From Amphiscolops sp. MND2022 (lineage: Eukaryota): 64,000 nucleotides of DNA. The notes beneath the pieces are model-generated. The model ran no database searches. It saw nothing but the letters and a program-made list of their open reading frames with translations, and was not told the DNA's origin. The stretch's first letter is position 1. Every line of letters begins with the position of its first letter. Made by a program: the position numbers and the translations under genes. Shown here one piece after another: positions 1-11,300 of the stretch. The stretch is from the NCBI GenBank assembly GCA_964187785.1, contig OZ076415.1, forward strand, positions 57,474,001 through 57,538,000. Reading direction: 5' to 3'.

Positions 1-96
1 GAAAACCTACTGTACTTCATCAAAAACAATTTCAACGGAAAAAAATCAATTGAACGAAAACAAATTCAGACAAATAGACACAAAAAAAGAAATTCG

Positions 97-152
97 ACAA
101 GTTACAGAGTATAATGGGAATGGATTTAGTAGAGCGCCTGGGTGTAGCGAAG
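97..152 (+). pseudogene. Inverted fragment homologous to exon 1 of the BEN-domain gene
   Basis: ACAAGTTACAGAGTATAATGGGAATGGATTTAGTAGAGCGCCTGGGTGTAGCGAAG closely matches the reverse complement of 20293-20348. It translates KLQSIMGMDLVERLGVAK versus KSQSIVG*DLVERIGVAK. Confidence 0.75.
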
Positions 153-207
153 ACAATTTTTTGCCAACTCAGTCAAGGTTCTTAAGGCCAAACTAATTTT
201 CGGTCGT

Positions 208-1125
208 AGCTAGAACTGCGGTCATTTCTGAAGCACTCCAAATGCAACGATGACGAAAACCACCATGACTTGGAGATTCTGAAACAGAACAGTTCCTTGC
301 ACATTTGATCTATTTCTACGAAACAGGATAAAAGCAAAATTCTCATTTTCAAACATTTCGAAGGCATCGGGCCAGGATACGATGTGAAACCTAATCTCTG
401 CATTTTCAGATGAAAATTGCAATCAAAGCGAAAAACAGGTTTCAATAACCAAAGAAAAACATCTTCCAGTCTTCCAGGCAACGAAGTTTTTTGAGGAGTT
501 TTTGAAATGTGCTCAGAAACAGCTTCAAAGTCATGAAAAAGAAAAAACCTAAACAAAAGTTTACCCAAACAGTTCTCAGATTTCAAAGCCAGAGATCTGA
601 AAGACCAGTTTGCACCTCTCAGTCGTCTAAAACATCAGCTAGAACTGCAGACACTCCTGAAGCACTCCAAATGCAAGGATGACCAGGCCTGAAAACCACC
701 ATGACTGGAAATTCTGGAACAGAACACTTTCGTGAACATTTGATCTTTCTCTAAAAACAGGACAAAAGAAAAATTCTCAAACATCTCAAAGGCATCGGCT
801 CAGCGAGGGATTTGAAATTTAGCTCGGCATTTTGCTACTCAAAATTGCAATCAAAAAAGCGAAAAAAAGAGTAAAAACGATAAAAACATCTTCAAATCTT
901 CCAGAAAACGAACTTTTTAGAGTTTTGGAAATGCGCTATTGAAAATTCTCATTCTCAAACATTTCGAAGGCAGCGGTTCAGGAGACGATGTAAAACTCAA
1001 TCTCGACATTTTCCTGCTGAATTTCGCATTCACAAGAAAGCGAAAAAATGGTTCAAACAACAATAAAAAGTCTTCGAATCTTGCAGAAATCAAACTTTTT
1101 GAGGAAATTTTGAAGCGCGCCCTAA
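208..1125. repeat. Diverged tandem duplication (~430-bp unit x2 plus a partial third copy)
   Basis: AGCTAGAACTGC..CTGAAGCACTCCAAATGCAA recurs at ~208 and ~637. ATTCTC..AAACAT(T/C)TC(G/A)AAGGCA recurs at ~340, ~775 and ~950. Confidence 0.75.
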
Positions 1126-1329
1126 CATGAATCAATTCTTTAAACGAACGAAGAATCAGCAACACGAACCTAATAACTACTTACTCGAATCGCAGATAGT
1201 CACTAAGAAGACTATCGGCTGCGAAGTGAGGCAAGCACTTCTTAAGGTTAGAGTCACCCAAGACCAAAACACTTGAGCTAAAGAAATTAAACTAATGTAT
1301 ATTGATATCCCGGAAGAGACACAGACGGA

Positions 1330-1745
1330 GTTATAATGCGAAAAGTATAGTTCACTGAATGTAATGTTTCACCAGAAATTCCAAGAAAACATGCGATTGG
1401 AACCAGTCTAGTGGAGGCTCGTGGCTACTTGAACAGGAAACACAGCTGTTCACCAGGGCTTGAATTGGTTGGGACTCAGATCTTATTACCACAAAATACA
1501 ACTACAGTGTCGTATGTAGAGGTCAATTCAACATACACATTGAGGATTCGCGCTTTGAGGCACCCTTCAGGGTGCCAATAGATTTTGCTGCTGACAAAAT
1601 ATGAATCAATCATGTAAACAAACTAAGAACAAGCAACGTGAACCAACTGAAAACTTACTCGGAGCGCATGAAGTCACTAAGACGATTCATCGCTTACGAA
1701 GCGCGGCAAGAAACCTCTGTAGACTAGAGTCACCCAAGTTATCAG
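1330..1745 (-). pseudogene. SGNH/GDSL hydrolase pseudogene, subunit A (representative copy; no block V found)
   Basis: LGDSS (GDS at 1734-1726), a 68-nt GTAAGT..GTCAG intron (1658-1591) at the same position as in subunit B, then KIYWHPEGCLKARILNVYVELTSTYDTVVVFCGN followed by a frameshift. Confidence 0.75.
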
Positions 1746-1792
1746 GCTAAGGAACGAACAAAAACATTCAATTAACAGATTGAATTATTCTT

Positions 1793-2363
1793 TCAAACAT
1801 TCGACAGGAATGATATACCGAGTTCAACATTGAGGTGAACACCGTCAGCTTCAAAAGGATCATATGGTTCAATTTCCGGTGGAATAACATAAGAAAGTGA
1901 GAGATGTTCATATAGAAGTGTTTTAGTGCTTTGCATCACAACCCTTTCAACATCGGGTCTTTGAAGCAAGCCAATATTATTAACAGTTGTATAAAGAATG
2001 CGAAGTTCAAGCTCAAATTTGAAATTGCAGAGGCTCGTGGCTACTTCAACAGCAGACTCGGCAGTTAACCACGGTTTGAATGTGTGGAGATTCAGATCAT
2101 TATTGCCAGAAAACACAACTACAGTCGTATGAAGAGGCCCATTCAAGATCTTTAATGAAGAATCTCGCTCTGAGGCACTTTTCAGGGTACCAATGGATAT
2201 TGCTGCTGAAACAAAGATGAATCAATTATTTAAACGAACGAAGAACCAGCAACACGAACCCACTAACCACTTACTCGAATCGCAGATAGTCACTAAGAAG
2301 ACTATCGCTTGCGAAGTGAGGCAAGCACTTCTTCAGGTTAGAGTCACCCAAGACCAAAACTCT
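1793..2363 (-). pseudogene. SGNH/GDSL hydrolase pseudogene, subunit B (representative copy; repeated in every array unit)
   Basis: Block I VLVLGDSN (GDS at 2348-2340), a 69-nt GTAAGT..TTTCAG intron (2274-2206), then IHWYPEKCLRARFFIK.LE.ASSYD, a frameshift, block III TVVVF(C/S)GNNDL and block V ADGVHLN (~1849-1832). Confidence 0.85.
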
Positions 2364-5300
2364 TGAGCTAAAGAAAATAAACTAATGTATATTGATATCC
2401 CGGAAGAGACACAGACGGAGTTATAATGCGAAAATATTAGTTACTGAATGTAATGTTTCACCTGAAATTCCAAGAAAACATGAGATTGGAACCAGTCTAG
2501 TGGAGGCTCGTGGCTACTGGAACAGGAAACACAGCAGTTCACCAGGGCTTGAATTGGTTGGGCCTCAGATCTTATTACCACGAAATACAACAACAGTGTC
2601 GTATGTAGAGGTCAATCCAAAATACACATTGAGGATTCGCGCTTTGAGGTAGCCTTCAGGGTGCCAATAGATTTTGCTGCTGACAAAATATGAATCAATC
2701 ATGTAAACAAACTAAGAAAAAGCAACGTGATCCAACTGAGAACTCACTCGGAGCGCATGAAGTTACTAAGACGATTCATCGCTTACGAAGCGCGGCAAGG
2801 AACCTCTGTAGACTAGTGTCACCCAAGTTATCAAGCTAAGGAACGAACAAAAACATTCAATTAACAGATTGAATTATTCTTTCAAACATTCGACAGGAAT
2901 GATATATACCGAGTTCAACATTGAGGTGAACACCGTCAGCTTCAAAATGATCATATGGTTCAATTTCCTGGGGACTAACATAAGAAAGTGAGAGATGTTC
3001 ATATAGAAGTGTTTTAGTGCTTTGCATCACAACCCTTTCAACATCGGGTCTTGGAAGCAAGCCAATATTTTTAACAGTTGTATAAAGATTGCGAAGTTCA
3101 AGCTCAATTTTGAAATTGCAGAGGCTCGTAGCTACTTCAACAGCAGACTCGGCAATTAACCACGGTTTGAATGTGTGGAGATTCAGATCATTATTGCCAC
3201 AAAACACAACTACAGTCGTATGAAGAGGCCAATTCAAGATACTTAATGAAGAATCTCGCTCTGAGGCACTTTTCAAGGTACCAATGGATATTGCTGCTGA
3301 AAAAAAAATGAATCAATTATTTAAACGAACGAAGAATCAGCAACACGAACCTACTAACCACTTACTCGAATCGCAGATAGTCACTAAGAAGACTATCGCT
3401 TGCGAAGTGAGGCAAGCACTTCTTCAGGTTAGAGTCACCCAAGACCAAAACACTTGAGCTAAAGAAAATAAACTAATGTATATTGATATCCCGGAAGAGA
3501 CACAGACGGAGTTATAATGCGAAAAGTTTAGTTACTGAATGTAATGTTTCACCAGAAATTCCAAGAAAACATGAGATTGGAACCAGTCTAGTTGAGGCTC
3601 GTGGCTACTTGAACAGGAAACACAACAGTTCACCAGGGCTTGAATTGGTTGGTCCTCCGATCTTATTACCACAAAATACAACTAAGTGTCGTATGTAGAG
3701 GTCAATCCAACATACACATTGAGGATTCGCGCTTTGAGGCACCCTTCAGGGTGCCAATAGATTTTGCTGCTGACAAAATATGAATCAATCATGTAAACAA
3801 ACTAAGAACAAGCAACGTGAACCAACTGAAAACTTACTCGGAGCGCATGAAGTTACTACGACGATTCATCGCTTACGAAGCGCGGCAAGGAACCTCTGTA
3901 GACTAGAGTCACCCAACTTATCAGGCTAGGGAACGAACAAAAACTTTCAATTAACAGATTGGATTATTCTTTCAAACATTCGACAGGAATGATATATACC
4001 GAGTTCAACATTGAGGTGAACACCGTCAGCCTCAAAAGGATCATATGGATCAATATCCTGGGGACTAACATAAGAAAGTGAGAGATGTTCATATAGAAGT
4101 GTTTTAGTGCTTTGCATCACAACCCTTTCAACATCGGGTCTTGGAAGCAAGCCAATATTTTTAACAGTTGTATAAAGATTGCGAAGTTCAAGCTCAATTT
4201 TGAAGTTGCAGAGGCTCGTGGCTACTTCAACAGCAGACTCGGCAGTTAACCACGGTTCGAATGTGTGGAGATTCAGATCATTATTGCCACAAAACACAAC
4301 TACAGTTGTATGAAGAGGCCAAATCAAGATACTTAATGAAGAATCTCGCTCTGAGGCACTTTTCAGGGTACCAATGAATATTGCTGCTGAAAAAAGATGA
4401 ATCAATTATTTAAACGAACGAAGAACCAGCAACACGAACCTACTAACCACTTACTCGAATCGCAGATAGTCACTAAGAAGACTATCGCTTGCGAAGTGAG
4501 GCAAGCACTTCTTCAGGTTAGAGTCACCCAAGACCAAACACTTGAGCTAAAGAAAATAAACTAATGTATATTGATATCCCGGAATAGACACAGACGGAGT
4601 TATAATGCGAAAAGTTTAGTTACTGAATGTAATGTTTCACCAGAAATTCCAAGAAAACATGAGATTGGAACCAGTCTAGTTGAGGCTCGTGGCTACTTGA
4701 ACAGGAAACAGCAGTTCACCAGGGCTTGAATTGGTTGGTCCTCAGATCTTATTACCACAAAATACAACTAAGTGTCGTATGTAGAGGTCAATCCAACATA
4801 CACATTGAGGATTCGCGCTTTGAGGCACCCTTCAGGGTGCCAATAGATTTTGCTGCTGACAAAATATGAATCAATCATGTAAACAAACTAAGAACAAGCA
4901 ACGTGAACCAACTGAAAACTTACTCGGAGCGCATGAAGTTACTACGACGATTCATCGCTTACGAAGCGCGGCAAGGAACCTCTGTAGACTAGAGTCACCC
5001 AAGTTATCAGGCTAAGGAACGAACAAAAACTTTCAATTAACAGATTGGATTATTCTTTCAAACATTCGACAGGAATGATATATACCGAGTTCAACATTGA
5101 GGTGAACACCGTCAGCCTCAAAAGGATCATATGGATCAATATCCTGGGGACTAACATAAGAAAGTAAGAGATGTTCATATAGAGTGTTTTAGTGCTTTGC
5201 ATCACAACCCTTTCAACATCGGGTCTTGGAAGCAAGCCAATATTTTTAACAGTTGTATAAAGATTGCGAAGTTCAAGCTCAATTTTGAAGTTGCAGAGGC

Positions 5301-8300
5301 TCGTGGCTACTTCAACAGCAGACTCGGCAGTTAACCACGGTTCGAATGTGTGGAGATTCAGATCATTATTGCCACAAAACACAACTACAGTTGTATGAAG
5401 AGGCCAAATCAAGATACTTAATGAAGAATCTCGCTCTGAGGCACTTTTCAGGGTACCAATGAATCTTGCTGCTGAAAAAAGATGAATCAATTATTTAAAC
5501 GAACGAAGAACCAGCAACACGAACCTACTAACCACTTACTCGAATCGCAGATAGTCACTAAGAAGACTATCGCTTGCGAAGTGAGGCAAGCACTTCTTCA
5601 GGTTAGAGTCACCCAAGACCAAACACTTGAGCTAAAGAAAATAAACTAATGTATATTGACATCCCGGAATAGACACAGACGGAGTTATAATGCGAAAAGT
5701 TTAGTTACTGAATGTAATGTTTCACCAGAAATTCCAAGAAAACATGAGATTGGAACCAGTCTAGTTGAGGCTCGTGGCTACTTGAACAGGAAACAGCAAT
5801 ACACCAGGGCTTGAATTGGTTGGTCCTCAGATCTTATTTACCACAAAATACAACTAAGTGTCGTATGTAGAGGTCAATCCAACATACACATTGAGGATTC
5901 GCGCTTTGAGGCACCCTTCAGGGTGCCAATAGATTTTGCTGCTGACAAAATATGAATCAATCATGTAAACAAACTAAGAACAAGCAACGTGAACCAACTG
6001 AAAACTTACTCGGAGCGCATGAAGTTACTACGACGATTCATCGCTTACGAAGCGCGGCAAGGAACCTCTGTAGACTAGAGTCACCCAAGTTATCAGGCTA
6101 AGGAACGAACAAAAACTTTCAATTAACAGATTGGATTATTCTTTCAAACATTCGACAGGAATGATATATACCGAGTTCAACATTGAGGTGAACACCGTCA
6201 GCCTCAAAAGGATCATATGGATCAATATCCTGGGGACTAACATAAGAAAGTAAGAGATGTTCATATAGAGTGTTTTAGTGCTTTGCATCACAACCCTTTC
6301 AACATCGGGTCTTGGAAGCAAGCCAATATTTTTAACAGTTGTATAAAGATTGCGAAGTTCAAGCTCAATTTTGAAGTTGCAGAGGCTCGTGGCTACTTCA
6401 ACAGCAGACTCGGCAGTTAACCACGGTTCGAATGTGTGGAGATTCAGATCATTATTGCCACAAAACACAACTACAGTTGTATGAAGAGGCCAATTCAAGA
6501 TACTTAATGAAGAATCTCGCTCTGAGGCACTTTTCAGGGTACCAATGAATATTGCTGCTGAAAAAAAGATGAATCAATTATTTAAACGAACGAAGAACCA
6601 GCAACACGAACCTACTAACCACTTACTCGAATCGCAGATAGTCACTAAGAAGACTATCGCTTGCGAAGTGAGGCAAGCACTTCTTCAGGTTAGAGTCACC
6701 CAAGACCAAAACACTTGAGCTAAAGAAAATAAACTAATGTATATATCGATATCCCGGAAGAGACACAGACGGAGTTATAATGCGAAATGTTGAGTTACCG
6801 AATGTAATGTTTCACCAGAAATCCCAAGAAAACATGAGATTGGAACCAGTCTAGTGGAGGCTCGTGGCTACTTGAACAGGAAACACGGCAGTTCACCAGG
6901 GCTTGAATTGGTTGGGCCTCAGATCTTCTTACCACAAAATACAACTACAGTGTCGTATATAGACGTCAATCCAACATACACATTGAGGATTCGCGCTTTG
7001 AGGCACCCTTCAGGGTGCCAATAGATTTTGCTGCTGACAAAATATGAATCAATCATGTAAACAAACTAAGAACAAGCAACGTGAACCAACTGAAAACTTA
7101 CTCGGTTCGCATGAAGTTACTAAGACGATTCATCGCTTACGAAGCGCAGCAAGCAACCTCTGTAGACTAGAGTCACCCAAGTTATCATTCTAAGGAACGA
7201 AGAAAAACATTCAATTAACAGATTGAATTATTCTTTCAAACATTCGACAGGAATGATATATACCGAGTTCAACATTGAGGTGAACACCGTCAGCTTCAAA
7301 AGGATCATATGGTTCAATTTCCTGAAGACTAACATAAGAAAGTGAGAGATGTTCATATAGAAGTGTTTTAGTGCTTTGCATCACAACCGTATCAACATCG
7401 GGTCTTGGAAGGAAGCAAGCTAATATTTTTAGCAGTTGTATAAAGATTGCGAAGTTCAAGCTCAATTTTGAAATAGCAGAGGCTCGTGGCTACTTCAACA
7501 GCAGACTCGGCAGTTAACCACGGTTTGAATGTGTGGAGATTCAGATCATCATTGCCACAAAACACAACTACAGTCGTATGAAGAGGCCAATTCAAGATAC
7601 TTAATGAAGAATCTCGCTCTCAGGCGCTTTTCAGGGTACCAATGGATATGGCTGCTGAAAAAAAATATGAATCAATTATTTAAACGAACGAAGAACCAGC
7701 AACACGAACATACTAACCAATTACTCGAATCGCAGATGGTCACTAAGAAGACTATCGCTTGCGAAGTGAGGCAAGCACTTCTTCAGGTTAGCGTCACCCA
7801 AGACCAAAACACTTGAGCTAACGAAAATGAACTAATGTATATTGATATCCCGGAAGAGACACAGAGGGAGTTATAATGCGAAAAGTTTAGTTACTGAATG
7901 TAATGTTTCACCAGAAATTCCAAGAAAACATGAGATTGGAACCAGTCTAGTGGAGGCTCGTGGCTACTTGAACAGGAAACACAGCAATTCACCAGGGCTT
8001 GAATTGGTTGAGCCTCAGATCTTATTACCACAGAATACAACTACAGTGTCGTATGTAGAGGTCAATCCAACATACACATTGAGGATTCGCGCTTTGAGGC
8101 ACCCTTCAGGGTGCCAATAGATTTTGCCGCTGACAAATAATGAATCAATCATGTAAACAAACTAAGAACAAGCAACGTGAACCAACTGAAAACCTACTCG
8201 GAGTGCATGAAGTCACTAAGACGATTCATCGCTTACGAAGCGCAGCAAGCAACCTCTGTAGACTAGAGTCACCCAAGTTATCAGGCTAAGGAACGAAGAA

Positions 8301-11300
8301 AAACATTCAATTAACAGATTGAATTATTCTTTCAAACATTCGACAGGGATGATATATACCGAGTTCAACATTGAGGTGAACACCGTCAGCTTCAAAAGGA
8401 TCATATGGTTCAATTTCCTGAAGACTAACATAAGAAAGTGAGAGATGTTCATATAGAAGTGTTTTAGTGCTTTGCATCACAACCGTATCAACATCGGGTC
8501 TTGGAAGGAAGCAAGCTAATATTTTTAGCAGTTGTATAAAGATTGCGAAGTTCAAGCTCAATTTTGAAATTGCAGAGGCTCGTGGCTACTTCAACAGCAG
8601 ACTCGGCAGTTAACCACGGTTTGAATGTGTGGAGATTCAGATCATTATTGCCACAAAACACAACTACAGTCGTATGAAGAGGCCAATTCAAGATACTTAA
8701 TGAAGAATCTCGCTCTCAGGCGCTTTTCAGGGTACCAATGGATATGGCTGCTGAAAAAAAATATGAATCAATTATTTAAACGAACGAAGAACCAGCAACA
8801 CGAACATACTAACCAATTACTCGAATCGCAGATATTCACTAAGAAGACTATCGCTTGCGAAGTGAGGCAAGCACTTCTTCAGGTTAGAGTCACCCAAGAC
8901 CAAAACACTTGAGCTAAAGAAAATAAACTAATGTATATATCGATATCCCGGAAGAGACACAGACGGAGTTATAATGCGAAATGTTGAGTTACCGAATGTA
9001 ATGTTTCACCAGAAATCCCAAGAAAACATGAGATTGGAACCAGTCTAGTGGAGGCTCGTGGCTACTTGAACAGGAAACACGGCAGTTCACCAGGGCTTGA
9101 ATTGGTTGGGCCTCAGATCTTCTTACCACAAAATACAACTACAGTGTCGTATATAGACGTCAATCCAACATACACATTGAGGATTCGCGCTTTGAGGCAC
9201 CCTTCAGGGTGCCAATAGATTTTGCTGCTGACAAAATATGAATCAATCATGTAAACAAACTAAGAACAAGCAACGTGAACCAACTGAAAACTTACTCGGT
9301 TCGCATGAAGTTACTAAGACGATTCATCGCTTACGAAGCGCAGCAAGCAACCTCTGTAGACTAGAGTCACCCAAGTTATCATTCTAAGGAACGAAGAAAA
9401 ACATTCAATTAACAGATTGAATTATTCTTTCAAACATTCGACAGGAATGATATATACCGAGTTCAACATTGAGGTGAACACCGTCAGCTTCAAAAGGATC
9501 ATATGGTTCAATTTCCTGAAGACTAACATAAGAAAGTGAGAGATGTTCATATAGAAGTGTTTTAGTGCTTTGCATCACAACCGTATCAACATCGGGTCTT
9601 GGAAGGAAGCAAGCTAATATTTTTAGCAGTTGTATAAAGATTGCGAAGTTCAAGCTCAATTTTGAAATAGCAGAGGCTCGTGGCTACTTCAACAGCAGAC
9701 TCGGCAGTTAACCACGGTTTGAATGTGTGGAGATTCAGATCATTATTGCCACAAAACACAACTACAGTCGTATGAAGAGGCCAATTCAAGATACTTAATG
9801 AAGAATCTCGCTCTCAGGCGCTTTTCAGGGTACCAATGGATATGGCTGCTGAAAAAAAATATGAATCAATTATTTAAACGAACGAAGAACCAGCAACACG
9901 AACATACTAACCAATTACTCGAATCGCAGATGGTCACTAAGAAGACTATCGCTTGCGAAGTGAGGCAAGCACTTCTTCAGGTTAGCGTCACCCAAGACCA
10001 AAACACTTGAGCTAACGAAAATGAACTAATGTATATTGATATCCCGGAAGAGACACAGAGGGAGTTATAATGCGAAAAGTTTAGTTACTGAATGTAATGT
10101 TTCACCAGAAATTCCAAGAAAACATGAGATTGGAACCAGTCTAGTGGAGGCTCGTGGCTACTTGAACAGGAAACACAGCAATTCACCAGGGCTTGAATTG
10201 GTTGAGCCTCAGATCTTATTACCACAGAATACAACTACAGTGTCGTATGTAGAGGTCAATCCAACATACACATTGAGGATTCGCGCTTTGAGGCACCCTT
10301 CAGGGTGCCAATAGATTTTGCCGCTGACAAATAATGAATCAATCATGTAAACAAACTAAGAACAAGCAACGTGAACCAACTGAAAACCTACTCGGAGTGC
10401 ATGAAGTCACTAAGACGATTCATCGCTTACGAAGCGCAGCAAGCAACCTCTGTAGACTAGAGTCACCCAAGTTATCAGGCTAAGGAACGAAGAAAAACAT
10501 TCAATTAACAGATTGAATTATTCTTTCAAACATTCGACAGGGATGATATATACCGAGTTCAACATTGAGGTGAACACCGTCAGCTTCAAAAGGATCATAT
10601 GGTTCAATTTCCTGAAGACTAACATAAGAAAGTGAGAGATGTTCATATAGAAGTGTTTTAGTGCTTTGCATCACAACCGTATCAACATCGGGTCTTGGAA
10701 GGAAGCAAGCTAATATTTTTAGCAGTTGTATAAAGATTGCGAAGTTCAAGCTCAATTTTGAAATTGCAGAGGCTCGTGGCTACTTCAACAGCAGACTCGG
10801 CAGTTAACCACGGTTTGAATGTGTGGAGATTCAGATCATTATTGCCACAAAACACAACTACAGTCGTATGAAGAGGCCAATTCAAGATACTTAATGAAGA
10901 ATCTCGCTCTCAGGCGCTTTTCAGGGTACCAATGGATATGGCTGCTGAAAAAAATATGAATCAATTATTTAAACGAACGAAGAACCAGCAACACGAACAT
11001 ACTAACCAATTACTCGAATCGCAGATATTCACTAAGAAGACTATCGCTTGCGAAGTGAGGCAAGCACTTCTTCAGGTTAGAGTCACCCAAGACCAAAACA
11101 CTTGAGCTAACGAAAATAAACTAATGTATATTGATATCCCGGAAGAGACACAGAGGGAGTTATAATGCGAAAAGTTTAGTTACTGAATGTAATGTTTCAC
11201 CAGAAATTCCAAGAAAACATGAGATTGGAACCAGTCTAGTGGAGGCTCGTGGCTACTTGAACAGGAAACACAGCAATTCACCAGGGCTTGAATTGGTTGA

